A DNA stretch of 64,000 bases from Podarcis cretensis. Its lineage: Eukaryota. The stretch covers positions 26,350,001-26,414,000 of the forward strand of contig OX638153.1 of NCBI GenBank assembly GCA_951804945.1, written 5' to 3'. The translations under genes and the position numbers were made by a program. Positions 63,880-64,000 of the stretch are shown one piece after another (within the stretch, counting starts at the first letter, position 1; each line of letters starts with the position of its first letter). The notes below the pieces were generated by a model. That model saw only the letters and a program-made list of their open reading frames with translations, ran no database searches and had not been told where the DNA came from.

Positions 63880-64000
63880 GAGCAGCAATTATGTATGTGC
63901 TGTTCTAGACTGCGTCAACAAAAGTATAGCGTCCAGATCAAAGGAAGTAATAGCTCTGTTCTGCTTTGGTCAGACCACACCTGGAGTCCTGTGTCCTGTG
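63880..64000 (+). mobile_element. CR1 LINE ORF2 3' fragment running off the window end
   Basis: Decayed match to the CR1 motif LGCI.RSI.SRSREVI.PLYSALVRPHLE.CV (tctgctttggtcagaccacacctggagtcctgtgtcc). Confidence 0.75.

Overview
Vertebrate genomic DNA, very probably from a lacertid lizard (Sauria SINEs, Bov-B LINE tail, squamate MITEs). Positions 1 to ~31.5 kb hold the 3' part of BICC1 (Bicaudal-C homolog 1; KH + SAM RNA-binding protein) on the + strand. Eighteen coding exons (equivalent to human exons 4-21, numbered from memory) all have canonical AG/GT boundaries and splice into one uninterrupted frame (2,624 nt, ~874 aa, ending ...DIASVSGRW*). A ~2.6 kb 3'UTR follows. The remaining ~32 kb is intergenic, with no recognisable protein gene: SINEs, LINE fragments, a solo LTR, hAT and Tc1/mariner MITEs, microsatellites, and a CpG-enriched candidate regulatory element carrying an RFX X-box. 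I found no demonstrably new biological system. The best leads are an X-box inside coding exon 10, a candidate alternative last exon giving a SAM-less BICC1, a SINE whose target-site duplication rebuilt a branch point, reciprocally nested hAT elements, a templated SINE 5' junction, and a possible LTR-adjacent spliced antisense ORF. All are unverified by computation.
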